Positions 42,190-52,093 of a stretch of 64,000 nucleotides of DNA are shown here, one piece after another. Under the pieces are notes generated by a model. It searched no databases. It saw only the letters and a list, made by a program, of their open reading frames with translations, and was not told where the DNA came from. The first letter of the stretch is position 1. Each line of letters opens with the position of its first letter. A program made the translations under genes and the position numbers. Source of the DNA: a virus. Where the stretch lies: positions 1-64,000 of IMG/VR virus record IMGVR_UViG_3300046008_000291; one strand, given 5' to 3'.

Positions 42190-44166
42190 TTATTGTAGCC
42201 CTGCTATTTTACGCATTTGTGCGATATCTTCATCAAATTGTTTATTGTATAATGACACATCGTCTTCTGGTTCATCTTTAGCTATTGCCTTGATACCATG
42301 AGGGATAGTTTTAAGTTTGTCTTTGAAGCTTAATGGTTTTGCGCCCATACGTTTTAATTTTTCATCTTTGTTAACGTGATCTTCGTAACCTTCTGCTAAT
42401 GCCGCTTTCATTTCTTCTTTAGATTTGTTATACTTTGCCTGAAATTCTTCATCTGATAGTTCTGTAAGATCCATGTCAACTTCTTTCATACGTCCTTCGT
42501 TCATTTCTGGATATTCTACGCCCACTTCGTTATATACTTGACGGACCATAGCACTAATATCACTTGAGCCTAATTCTTCCATCGGTGCGTGGAATGATGC
42601 TACATCACGTGCAGCATTCATAACACCATCTGGGCCTGCTTTCATTAATAGTTCTTGGTGTTGCCTAATGTTGCTTGTAATTCTACGAATAATTGCTGTT
42701 TGGATTGATTCAACTTGGTCTTCATCGTATTCGCCTTCGCTCATTCCACGATTAAACTGATCTGGGTTGTCACGATCTTGGTCAAATTCTAAATCGCTAC
42801 CATATTCTTGATCAGGTTCGTCAAGGTCACGATCAAATTCCATGTCGTCACCACCTTCATCAACTGTCTGATCGGCTGGCTCTACGTCGCCGATTTCGTT
42901 CATAACTTTACCGTAGATTTCTGGCATATTTTCTTGTACCCAATCCATAACTACATCACGTGCATCAGCTTCTGGGTCTTGGTCTGCTAGTGACTCTAAC
43001 TGATCAAACAATACATCGTCGCCAATTAAGTTGTATAATGCGCTGGTAGCATTAGTAGCATCTACACCAACAATAAGTGGTTCCATTAGTAAATCGATTA
43101 GTTTAGTAACTTGTTCTTCACCTTCTGGTGTAGCCCATGTACCTTCAGCTACATTAGTAGCCCATGATTCAAATTGTTGTGCGAATTTATTAGATTTTTT
43201 CATATTATATGCCTTTTGTACAATTGGTAGTGCCGAATCAGTTGCGTCATTGTAAGTTTTTCTAACGAAACGCTCACGCATACTATCAACGTCAAAGTCA
43301 TCCATTAGAGTTTGTTCATCCATCTGGAAACTTTCTTTGCAAGCAGCGTAACCCTTACGTCCGCTCATTCTTTTTAGAGTGTCATTCAATAAACCATGAT
43401 ATTCAAATGCCGCTTCCACCATAGCTTGTGTTTCGGCATCTTCAAATGTTCTACGTACCATTTGTGATTTAAATGGGCGTAGTTTACTACATTCTTCTGC
43501 TACTTTAGTAATGTGTTGACCGAAATCATCATTAACATTACCGCCTTCCGATACGTGGCGTGCCATAGCACGTGCGTATCTTAAATTGTTGTATGGTAAT
43601 TTGAAACGCTCACCGTCTGTTGTTTCAACAAACAATGCTTTAATTTTGCGACTACGTGCGCCACGTTGCTCTGGGTCTACTCTGTCGCTGTGACGTACAA
43701 TAATCTTCACGTTGCCATCTTGCTCGTAACTGCTACGACTTGTGCCGTGCATTCTGCTTTCACCGATGACTTCATCTTTACTATATGTGCTGTCTGATTT
43801 GCTTACTTGTTGTAAGTCACGGTGTTTTAGTGTACTACGTGTAATATCACGTGGCTCAAAGCTCAATAGATTACGTTTAGCAAACTCACGTAGCTCTCTT
43901 AAAAAGCCATACCATTTAGCTTTTTCTTCTTCATCTAAGTCACTGCTGATATTTTTACTAAAGTATATTTTAAGTGAAGTTTCATCAATAACGCTAATTG
44001 TTATATTACCGTGGCTTGTACCATCAACTGTATAATCAAAGTTGAAAAAACGTGCATCTTCTGGGTTTTGTGTTGCCTTGGCATTTTCATCGCCTAAGCT
44101 AACATCTTCAAACCTATCACGGATCTTTTCAAACAATGCTTCAGATATTTTATTAATTTCTCTCAT
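42190..44166 (-). CDS. Large acidic late protein, probably head-associated (start revised to MREINK)
   Basis: Directly downstream of terminase; ATAAATA 4 nt before ATG 44166; ends IAQMRKIAGLQ. Confidence 0.6.
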   Translation of the reverse strand: MREINKISEALFEKIRDRFEDVSLGDENAKATQNPEDARFFNFDYTVDGTSHGNITISVIDETSLKIYFSKNISSDLDEEEKAKWYGFLRELREFAKRNLLSFEPRDITRSTLKHRDLQQVSKSDSTYSKDEVIGESRMHGTSRSSYEQDGNVKIIVRHSDRVDPEQRGARSRKIKALFVETTDGERFKLPYNNLRYARAMARHVSEGGNVNDDFGQHITKVAEECSKLRPFKSQMVRRTFEDAETQAMVEAAFEYHGLLNDTLKRMSGRKGYAACKESFQMDEQTLMDDFDVDSMRERFVRKTYNDATDSALPIVQKAYNMKKSNKFAQQFESWATNVAEGTWATPEGEEQVTKLIDLLMEPLIVGVDATNATSALYNLIGDDVLFDQLESLADQDPEADARDVVMDWVQENMPEIYGKVMNEIGDVEPADQTVDEGGDDMEFDRDLDEPDQEYGSDLEFDQDRDNPDQFNRGMSEGEYDEDQVESIQTAIIRRITSNIRQHQELLMKAGPDGVMNAARDVASFHAPMEELGSSDISAMVRQVYNEVGVEYPEMNEGRMKEVDMDLTELSDEEFQAKYNKSKEEMKAALAEGYEDHVNKDEKLKRMGAKPLSFKDKLKTIPHGIKAIAKDEPEDDVSLYNKQFDEDIAQMRKIAGLQ

Positions 44167-44181
44167 ATTGTATTTATTCAA

Positions 44182-45744
44182 TTAGAACATTATGAATGGC
44201 ATTGGCTCGATAAAATCATCAAGTGTATCGCGCATTGCATTGTCAAGTGTTGCATCATATGTTTGTAGTAGCATTGCCATACGTACTATTAACACCAGGC
44301 TCATCACCAAGTCATCTGTTTCGCCGGGCTTAGCCGCAAAACTTGATCCAGTTGCTACAAATGTTTTTAATTCTGATATTAGGTTCTTACTAGCAATAGT
44401 CATACGTTTGGTTTCTATTAGATTTTTTAACTTAGAACAAGCTGATATTTTGCTTTTGTTTGTAGTATTAAATCCTTTACGATAGCGTCTGCCAGAGCCC
44501 ATAGCCTTAGGTTCATTTAAGAATGTTCCTTTGATATTTTCCTCGCCCATTTCGGCTACTGTTATTAGTGCCGCTTCACCTATTGTGTTGTTTTCCATAC
44601 TGTAGTAAATGTTGTTTACTGGTATTGTTTCTGCCAGATAGCGTGTGATTTCTCGTAATATACCGATTTGTTGCTGTATTGGTGTGCGATTGTGTTGCCA
44701 TTCTCCTACTTGCATAAAGCTAGGCAATTCAAATATTTGTATTGCCGCAGGATCACCACCTGTACCAAGACTAGGATCCAATGCTACAAGATAAGTGTTT
44801 GTTGGGCTAGGTTTTTTATACCAACGTATTTGACCTTGTCGTTCAATTGGGTCAATTCCGTCCATTTCAATTAAATGTCCTGGATTAATTAATGTTTCGT
44901 CCCAGATAATAAATTCACAATCCATTTCACGACGGAAACGTTCGTCACCTAATTGACTACGCTGTTCTGCGGCCCATTTATCATCTCTATCCGGATGTTC
45001 GCGCCAGAAGCTACGGAATGATTTAAACCCATTAACTCCTAATTCAGTGGCATTGCCAAATTCGTCGATGCATTTGTTGGCTCCTTTCCATAAGGTAGCA
45101 AATTGGTCTTCATCTGAATTAGGTGTTGATGTGATAATACATTTACCACCTGTTGCTAGTGTAGGACTAATAGAAGTCCAGAATTCACGGCCAATGGTAC
45201 TGCGCACAAACGCAAACTCATCGCAATATAATAATGAAATAGACATACCCCGGCCGGTATTTTCTGTTGTAGTTGATGAGTTAATTCTACTGCCATTTTC
45301 AAAGTCTATACTACCTTTGTTGTAGCTTGTGGCACCGGCACGTATAAAGTCGGGACACAGCTCGTATGCATAACGTATACGAGCCATAATTTCTTGTGAA
45401 CCTGTGTATTTGTGTGCGGCAATTAGGATAGTACTATCTGGTACAAACATAGCGTACCATAGCAAGTAGCCTGCAGCAGATGTTGATTTGCCTGTTTGTC
45501 GCGGCATTAATGATATGCTAAAACGATAGTTGTGATATGTTTCAATTAAACGTTTTTGATAATCAAATGGTTGGTACAACATACGACCTTTAGTAGGATG
45601 CTGTATATAGAAATAGTTACTCATAAAGTATTCTGGCCCGGTAATAGGGTCAGCACAACGAGCAAACTCTAAGATTTGCTGTTCGGTAAAGGTTTCTGTT
45701 TGGTGCGCACGTTTTACAAGTACGCCTTCAAGTGATTTAGCCAT
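44182..45744 (-). CDS. Terminase large subunit (gp17-like)
   Basis: PRQTGKS, LYCDEFAF, ITSTPN, ALDPSLG, TDDLVMS. Confidence 0.96.
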   Translation of the reverse strand: MAKSLEGVLVKRAHQTETFTEQQILEFARCADPITGPEYFMSNYFYIQHPTKGRMLYQPFDYQKRLIETYHNYRFSISLMPRQTGKSTSAAGYLLWYAMFVPDSTILIAAHKYTGSQEIMARIRYAYELCPDFIRAGATSYNKGSIDFENGSRINSSTTTENTGRGMSISLLYCDEFAFVRSTIGREFWTSISPTLATGGKCIITSTPNSDEDQFATLWKGANKCIDEFGNATELGVNGFKSFRSFWREHPDRDDKWAAEQRSQLGDERFRREMDCEFIIWDETLINPGHLIEMDGIDPIERQGQIRWYKKPSPTNTYLVALDPSLGTGGDPAAIQIFELPSFMQVGEWQHNRTPIQQQIGILREITRYLAETIPVNNIYYSMENNTIGEAALITVAEMGEENIKGTFLNEPKAMGSGRRYRKGFNTTNKSKISACSKLKNLIETKRMTIASKNLISELKTFVATGSSFAAKPGETDDLVMSLVLIVRMAMLLQTYDATLDNAMRDTLDDFIEPMPFIMF

Positions 45745-45757
45745 ACAAATACTTATG

Positions 45758-46066
45758 TTAGAAAGGAGATTCGCCTGTCAAATAAGGCTTAGAAAACCAT
45801 AAACGGAACCACTCGGGTGTTCCTGGCTTTACGTTGTTTTGTTGTTGGTATTTTATTTTTTCGTCAGCAGTAACGCTACAGTTACTACCTTCGTCGCTAG
45901 TTTGGCTAGCAGTATATTCTTGTAGCTGTGCTAGCCCGCCTAGTCCAGATCCATTTAATCCAGCAAGTGCTTTCATTTCATGTATAGGATCGGCAGAGTC
46001 AAGTACAGCATCAGGAATAGTGTCCTGAGAATAGTCTTGTGTACGAATGGAATATTGTTTAAACAC
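45758..46066 (-). CDS. Hypothetical late protein
   Basis: 102 aa; EMKALAGL; KPGTPEWFRLWF. Confidence 0.65.
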   Translation of the reverse strand: MFKQYSIRTQDYSQDTIPDAVLDSADPIHEMKALAGLNGSGLGGLAQLQEYTASQTSDEGSNCSVTADEKIKYQQQNNVKPGTPEWFRLWFSKPYLTGESPF

Positions 46067-46412
46067 CGTATTTGTTTTTCTTTGGCGCGGCTACAGGACT
46101 GACTTTGTTTACTTTGCTGGACTCGACACTGTCTTTGCCGCCATGCGTTTTACGTTTAAGTCCAAACTTCTTAGCTGCGTGAGCAATAATTTTATCGTCG
46201 GCATCGCTGTAACCTACTGTTACAAAGTCACTGCCGGTGCCGGCACGTTGATCAGCGTCTACATCAGGTGCGCCGGCTAGCTCAATACCAAAGCGGTAGG
46301 CTAGGTATGGGTTAGCGTTGTTATCTAAATGAGGGAAAGACTGAAGATTAGGAAGGGCATTTTTAGAACCCGTTCTAACATCACCTTCAGTAACTATTTC
46401 ATTAATTTTCAT
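46059..46412 (-). CDS. Hypothetical head-associated protein
   Basis: N-terminus MKINEIVTE resembles T4 capsid-targeting peptide. Confidence 0.6.
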   Translation of the reverse strand: MKINEIVTEGDVRTGSKNALPNLQSFPHLDNNANPYLAYRFGIELAGAPDVDADQRAGTGSDFVTVGYSDADDKIIAHAAKKFGLKRKTHGGKDSVESSKVNKVSPVAAPKKNKYGV

Positions 46413-46753
46413 TAGTATTTGCCTGTTAGTGTAGCTATTTGTTTACGTAACTGTTCAAGCTCATCTGTAAGTGCGTCAAGTTTATCACTATTTGCATCAA
46501 TTGCTAATTCTTCACTATCATTTTCAATTTCTAATTGATCAATGTCTGCTTCTTCTGCATCATTTTCTGCACCAAGCGTTTTAATATCAGACATACTGTG
46601 TTTGTTTGCTTTACGTACTAATGTTGCTAATGCGCCAAAATCATCATTATTTGCATCGGGATACTTAGCCTTTGCTATATTCAGCATATTTTGTGTTTCT
46701 GGGTCCATAGTGGCCTCAGCAAGTTGCTCAATATATTCGCGTAATGTTTTCAT
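46412..46753 (-). CDS. Hypothetical head-associated protein
   Basis: N-terminus MKTLREYIEQLAE; acidic coiled coil. Confidence 0.6.
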   Translation of the reverse strand: MKTLREYIEQLAEATMDPETQNMLNIAKAKYPDANNDDFGALATLVRKANKHSMSDIKTLGAENDAEEADIDQLEIENDSEELAIDANSDKLDALTDELEQLRKQIATLTGKY

Positions 46754-46754
46754 T

Positions 46755-47060
46755 TTAATATTCGTCGTCTTCTTCTAGTCTACCACGTAGATCAGTTACA
46801 GAACCTGTTTGACTATTACTACGCAAAAATGCTTCAAGCCACGGGCGAGTGTATGCACCAACAACATTACCTACTTCTTTAGTAGATTCAAGTTGATTCG
46901 CAATTCTAACCGCTTCCGATAATGCTTCCTCGAGTTGATCTATTAGATCAGCCGCGTGGCTAGTGCCTTCATCATCCCAAAGTGCTTCTTGGACTGGCTG
47001 TTCTAATGAACTACCGTTTTCAACAATCATCGCATATTTTTTTAATAAGTCTGAACTCAT
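46755..47060 (-). CDS. Hypothetical protein
   Basis: 101 aa acidic ORF in operon. Confidence 0.6.
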   Translation of the reverse strand: MSSDLLKKYAMIVENGSSLEQPVQEALWDDEGTSHAADLIDQLEEALSEAVRIANQLESTKEVGNVVGAYTRPWLEAFLRSNSQTGSVTDLRGRLEEDDEY

Positions 47061-49054
47061 TTTGTTAGACCTTTTAACAAGCTAGTATATTTGCTCCAGC
47101 TAGTATCTTTAGCTTCTGCAACTGCCATCGGATTGTCACCTGGCTGTGCAATTTTGTAAGCACGTTTAGTAGCATGTAAATCATTGCCGCTTGGAATAGC
47201 AGCATCAATGCCAGCTGTTTGTTCGCGTGGACTGTTTACGTATTCTGGATCACGTTCTTCATCAACTGCATCAATCATACCTTGTGCAATAGCTGATTCT
47301 GCATCTTGTGGTAATTCAACTGCTTGTATTACTGGTTGTGCTGTAACTTGTTCCATGCCTGCTAGTTTACGGAATAAGTTAAGTGCATCTTCTTGACCGT
47401 TAGCAGTAATGTTGACATTAATATCTTCTTTAACTGTGTAACGTTTACCAGCAACTTCGAACTCTTTAGCACCACTTGCCTTAGCAGCTGCTAATGCGCC
47501 TGAGAATTCATTGCCTTCTGCCATTTCTGCTTCTGGTAAGGAATCCATATCAACATTAATTTCAGCTGGTGGATTAGGTAGTAATTCAGCTTCAACAACA
47601 CCTGCGGCAGCATAGAATTTATCATGGCTGAAGCGTGGGTTTTGCTGTTTAAATATATCAGCGTGATGTTGTGCTAACTCTTTACGTTTAGCCTCATCTG
47701 GAATATTTTTAATTAAATCTGCTACCATACGGAAGTCTTTACGGCTTGCAGCTTCATTAATTGAACTTTCGTCTAACTCTTCTAAGCTAGATCTTTCTAA
47801 TCCAATTTCTTGTGCTACATCAGTTTCGGCAACAGGAGCAGGCAATCCAGCTAATGCTGCAATTTCATCTAATTCTGATATACCACCCAAGTGACTATTC
47901 ATTGGAGCACCGCACTCAGCAACTTCTTTACAGTAGTGGCTATATGATGTTGCTACGTCACCTAAGAAATCTTCGTCCATTAAAAGAATGTTTCTAGCAC
48001 GGTTAGGTTGGATACCTTGTGCTACCATTTCTTTACGCACAGCCATTTCAAATTCGCTGTCTGCTGTGTTTAAATTAGGATTCTTTTCACATAATGCTTT
48101 GGCAACTTGTTCATAGAAGTAATCAGTTTCTTCCATTACTCGACCTTCTTTAATTTTAGCAAGTTTAGCTTTTTTCATAGCAGGAGCAGAATTTTTAATT
48201 TTGCCAGCATCTTTAAACTCGGTGCCTTCGTTTATCTCGTAATCTTCATCGTCGCCTACATCAACTACGTTGTAACGGCTTTTACGATCCATAATATCTT
48301 TTTCACGACGGTCTTGTTCTTCTTCACCGCCATATTTTTTACCTTTGTGCGTGGTTACATTACCTTGCTTAGTGACAACTCCACCTGTAGCTGTAGTTAA
48401 TTCGTCTAACTCTTCTGGCTCATCTTGATATGTTGCTTGATGAATACGAACATTTGGCTCTGCATCTTTACCGCTAAACCAGTCGTCTTTTTCTGCTCGA
48501 CGATCTTCAATATCTTGTAAGCGACGGCGTTTTTCTGCCGCAGATTTTTTAGCACTTGCTGGATCAATACTAGTATCTGTATCTGGATCAGCAAATTGAT
48601 AGCTATCTAAGTCAGTTAAATCATCCATTCCTTCTTTAATTTTTAATTTGCTAGTTAGGTCGTTTGCATCACCGCCAAACATATCTTTAAACGCACCTTT
48701 GGCATTGTTTTTATCTTTAACTGCTTTCTTAGGTGGTTGATTAAAAGATGAGGAGTGACGTACACCGTATTCATCGTAGTCGTCGCTACTAAAAGGTTCA
48801 GCTTTTTTTTCCTTAACAGCTTGCTTCATTGGCTCTTTCTTGTCGCCATCTTTATCTAAGTCTAAGAAGTCTGGTTTAGCGGCAGCTTCTTTAAAAGTTT
48901 GATATTTTGCTTCTAAACTTTTAACTGCTTCGGTGATACTACCACGTGCATCTACGCTTTCGTAGACTGTAGTAGCTTCTGTATCTGGCGTTGGTGCGGC
49001 AGTATCAGAAATGCCTTTTAACTTGCCTAAGATGTTGTAGATGTTGTTGCTCAT
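47057..49054 (-). CDS. Large acidic modular protein, probable prohead core/internal protein (start revised to MSNNIY)
   Basis: Many [ILV]xE sites; KPDFLDLDKDGD; LAGL motifs; SD AAGGA before ATG 49054. Confidence 0.6.
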   Translation of the reverse strand: MSNNIYNILGKLKGISDTAAPTPDTEATTVYESVDARGSITEAVKSLEAKYQTFKEAAAKPDFLDLDKDGDKKEPMKQAVKEKKAEPFSSDDYDEYGVRHSSSFNQPPKKAVKDKNNAKGAFKDMFGGDANDLTSKLKIKEGMDDLTDLDSYQFADPDTDTSIDPASAKKSAAEKRRRLQDIEDRRAEKDDWFSGKDAEPNVRIHQATYQDEPEELDELTTATGGVVTKQGNVTTHKGKKYGGEEEQDRREKDIMDRKSRYNVVDVGDDEDYEINEGTEFKDAGKIKNSAPAMKKAKLAKIKEGRVMEETDYFYEQVAKALCEKNPNLNTADSEFEMAVRKEMVAQGIQPNRARNILLMDEDFLGDVATSYSHYCKEVAECGAPMNSHLGGISELDEIAALAGLPAPVAETDVAQEIGLERSSLEELDESSINEAASRKDFRMVADLIKNIPDEAKRKELAQHHADIFKQQNPRFSHDKFYAAAGVVEAELLPNPPAEINVDMDSLPEAEMAEGNEFSGALAAAKASGAKEFEVAGKRYTVKEDINVNITANGQEDALNLFRKLAGMEQVTAQPVIQAVELPQDAESAIAQGMIDAVDEERDPEYVNSPREQTAGIDAAIPSGNDLHATKRAYKIAQPGDNPMAVAEAKDTSWSKYTSLLKGLTK

Positions 49055-49058
49055 TTTA

Positions 49059-49664
49059 TTATTTTCCTTTAACTGGGCTTGGTATTTTATTTTGTACTGA
49101 GCCCACTGGGCTTTGTGTTCCTTGTGGTAAATCATTTGTTGTTTTACCATCTGCCGGTTCATTGCCAGCAATTTCAAACTTAACTTTGTTTAATTCTTTA
49201 AGAAAACTACCTTGACTGTATGCTTTACTAGCTTCTTCGCCGCAGGCACATTCATCATGTGAGTATTCTTTATCTAATACTGCTTCACCTTTTTTGAATT
49301 CACGCACATCGTTGCCTTCTAAATTCCAACGACGTTGTTCTTCTGGGTGATGCGGACTTACTACTACAATGCTTGCCTGTGGAATGCCTGCACGCTCGCT
49401 AACAATGGCACGTAGTTGTGCTTCGTTAACTGGATATGTAAGTACAACATCCATCAAATAAATTTGACAGTTTGCCATACTTGGAAAATCAATATCACTA
49501 GGCTGAATTGGTAAACGTTTAGCTTTACTCATACTTTCTAAGCCATATGCATCAAGTGCTGCTTCCAATACTGCTAGTTTTTCAGCTGGGTCAATGTTAG
49601 CAATTTTAATGCGAAACTCATAGGTCTTGTGACTTTCAGTTAAATGTTGTAGAAAATTCTTCAT
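49059..49664 (-). CDS. Hypothetical late protein
   Basis: 201 aa, starts MKNFLQHLTE. Confidence 0.7.
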   Translation of the reverse strand: MKNFLQHLTESHKTYEFRIKIANIDPAEKLAVLEAALDAYGLESMSKAKRLPIQPSDIDFPSMANCQIYLMDVVLTYPVNEAQLRAIVSERAGIPQASIVVVSPHHPEEQRRWNLEGNDVREFKKGEAVLDKEYSHDECACGEEASKAYSQGSFLKELNKVKFEIAGNEPADGKTTNDLPQGTQSPVGSVQNKIPSPVKGK

Positions 49665-49706
49665 AGTTTTATATATCCTTACAGTTATTTATTCAAAATT
49701 GCTGTT

Positions 49707-50216
49707 TTAATCTGGCTTGCTTTTGCCTAGTATCTGTGCTAGTAAGGCGTTTCTATCAAGCACTACACCACCGCTAGTACCATCTACCGCATCAAGTAAC
49801 TTATCACCATCTGTCTTACTAGCATCTTTTGCTGCCTGCTGATCTAATCGCATCTTTTTAAGTTGTAGATCAATTGTACGTATCTTTCTATCAATCTTAG
49901 CCTGTTTAGCAGTGATTGCATGTCCTAGCAATGTACCCGCTGTGGCTAAGATATGCCCGCTAAAGCGTGCTTCAACATTCATACCTAAATCCATTAGGTC
50001 TTGAAACTTGTCTTTAGCTAGGTCACTTAACTCATCTAGTTCTTTATCAGTTACATCTAGATCGTTGACGTGTGGCAGTGCCGCATCAATTTTATCAATA
50101 GTAAGATCCATTTCTTCAATGAGTGCTCTATTTTCTTCAATTGTGGTGGTTGCGTCGTCTACGGTAGCTTCTTCAGTAGGAGCAAGGTTAAAGAGTTCTT
50201 CAAGTTTTTTTGTCAT
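49707..50216 (-). CDS. Probable terminase small subunit (gp16-like)
   Basis: 169 aa helical, central DLMDLG...ILATAGTLL, C-terminal VLDRNALL; near gp17. Confidence 0.55.
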   Translation of the reverse strand: MTKKLEELFNLAPTEEATVDDATTTIEENRALIEEMDLTIDKIDAALPHVNDLDVTDKELDELSDLAKDKFQDLMDLGMNVEARFSGHILATAGTLLGHAITAKQAKIDRKIRTIDLQLKKMRLDQQAAKDASKTDGDKLLDAVDGTSGGVVLDRNALLAQILGKSKPD

Positions 50217-50222
50217 AGTAAA

Positions 50223-51188
50223 CTATTTATTGTGTATTGGTATAACATTATATTTTGTTTGTCGTATGTTAGTGCTCTGATTGTTATTGCACACATCACA
50301 TAATCCAATTTCTCGACTACTTGTAATATAAAAATGTTCAAGCTCTTCAGGAGTTGTATTAGTTAAATCTATCGGCTTGTATTTTAAATATTTTTGCCAG
50401 TCCGGATCATCGAGTTGTCCTTTAATTTTTAATAGATATGGCATTACTAAAAACCAGCTACATTTGTATAACTTAGAATCAACAAGTGCATGACAATGCG
50501 GCATACCGCAACCATTAGCATACGAGCCCGCAGGATCATTTGTGGCATATGGTTTCAATAATCCATCAATTTCAAAATATCCGGCTTTGAATTCTGCGAG
50601 CCTTGAAACTTGGACAGTATTTGAGTTTACGTGATATATTTCCGCCCATGATGATAATTTATGTAAATTAGTTGCTGTTACAGCATCTTTATTATTTTTT
50701 AACCAAGTTACATCAAGCGTCAATGGTATAGACGATACCTTGTCAGCGGCTAAGTTCTCTACGAATTTATCTAATTTAGCATGATATTTCTTTGCAATTA
50801 CATCTCGCGAAAATAATGTAAAATGATCAGTTATATCTACATTGCATGGGTGATAAGTTTCACATAGTGATAATAATGGTTTTTTAAATTTATCTATTAG
50901 TAGGCCATTGGTTAACAAACAGATCACGGTAGTCGGATAGTATTCTCGGATTTTTTTAACTATAAGCTGTACTTTATCCCAATATAGGAACAATTCGCCG
51001 CCAATGAGATCTATTGATTCTGGGTCAACATACTTACTAAGATCTTCTATACTTTTGTATATTGATTCTATTGTTGGATCAAATTGAGAATCTTTAATGA
51101 AGTCGGATCCACTAGAGCAACCACGACAACTAAGATTGCACCGATGACCGTATATTATTTCAACTGTTTTTAATTTGATTCGTTGCAT
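50223..51188 (-). CDS. Radical SAM protein
   Basis: CNLSCRGC, GGELF, LTNG, C-terminal Cys cluster. Confidence 0.9.
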   Translation of the reverse strand: MQRIKLKTVEIIYGHRCNLSCRGCSSGSDFIKDSQFDPTIESIYKSIEDLSKYVDPESIDLIGGELFLYWDKVQLIVKKIREYYPTTVICLLTNGLLIDKFKKPLLSLCETYHPCNVDITDHFTLFSRDVIAKKYHAKLDKFVENLAADKVSSIPLTLDVTWLKNNKDAVTATNLHKLSSWAEIYHVNSNTVQVSRLAEFKAGYFEIDGLLKPYATNDPAGSYANGCGMPHCHALVDSKLYKCSWFLVMPYLLKIKGQLDDPDWQKYLKYKPIDLTNTTPEELEHFYITSSREIGLCDVCNNNQSTNIRQTKYNVIPIHNK

Positions 51189-51193
51189 AGTAT

Positions 51194-51625
51194 CTAACGT
51201 TTAACGTTTTTAAAAATATCAAATTCTGATACTACTCTAAAACGCATACCGTGTGATTTAGCCCATTGATCTGCCATAGCCCATTTAGCTAGGTTAATAG
51301 CTACTGATAGTTTGTCACGATAGCTTTTAGCTGCTTCCATTGTTGTTTCTTTGCTAGGTTTAATTTCAATAAGTTCAGTATGACGTTGTTGATTTGCATC
51401 TAAATAGACTACAAGAAAATCTGGAATATACACTGTATTCTTGCCAGTTACTGGATTGCGATATGGAATAGTAATTGCTTCACTAGCCCAGTTAATAACA
51501 GATGGGTTATTATCAGCAAAACACATAAATGTGAATTCCCAACTACTCCGATAAGTGGGTGCTCGTTTTCCTATATATTTTTCTGGATTTTTTATAATAT
51601 ATTTTCCGCTAGCATACTTTGCCAT
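51194..51625 (-). CDS. Head completion nuclease (T4 gp4-like, TnsA fold)
   Basis: YRSSWE, WASE, IPY, YIPDF, IEIKP. Confidence 0.88.
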   Translation of the reverse strand: MAKYASGKYIIKNPEKYIGKRAPTYRSSWEFTFMCFADNNPSVINWASEAITIPYRNPVTGKNTVYIPDFLVVYLDANQQRHTELIEIKPSKETTMEAAKSYRDKLSVAINLAKWAMADQWAKSHGMRFRVVSEFDIFKNVKR

Positions 51626-51718
51626 CTCTATATCCTTTACAATTTGTGTTGTGCCAACGCGAATAATTACCTTTATTAGTTGTCGTTCCGCAGTATTTAC
51701 ACTATTCTGTGATATTCA

Positions 51719-52084
51719 TTATGCAAGGATAGATCGTGCTATGTATTTGTTTAGTTGCGGACTATTGCTAAGTCCTAATAAACTAGTATTAACTCTATTT
51801 AAGTTAAGAAACATTGTTAGATATGCATTAAGTTCATTTTTATTTAATTTGCGAAATTCATCAAGTATTGTCATTGGATCGATACCTTGTGTTTGTGCAG
51901 TGTAGATAACAGATGCGGCTAGTGCTGATCCACTTTCTTTATTGCCTGTCACGGTTTGAAAATATCCCACTATAGCATCGTCGGCATTTTGACCGATTGT
52001 AAAGTTAGGATTAAAAAAATTATTAAAGTAAGTCGTTGTACTATTTGTATCAACGCTTGGTGGTAAATTTCCAGTTACTGACAT
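51719..52084 (-). CDS. Hypothetical structural protein
   Basis: 121 aa in tail operon. Confidence 0.6.
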   Translation of the reverse strand: MSVTGNLPPSVDTNSTTTYFNNFFNPNFTIGQNADDAIVGYFQTVTGNKESGSALAASVIYTAQTQGIDPMTILDEFRKLNKNELNAYLTMFLNLNRVNTSLLGLSNSPQLNKYIARSILA

Positions 52085-52093
52085 ATTATTCCT

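Noticed and set aside
3974-45744. Inteins or introns in UvsW, UvsX or terminase
   Set aside because: Lengths are normal and motifs are contiguous
49055-49177. ORF-track N-terminal extension of the 706-aa ORF
   Set aside because: Overlaps the 49059-49664 gene; SD supports start at 49054
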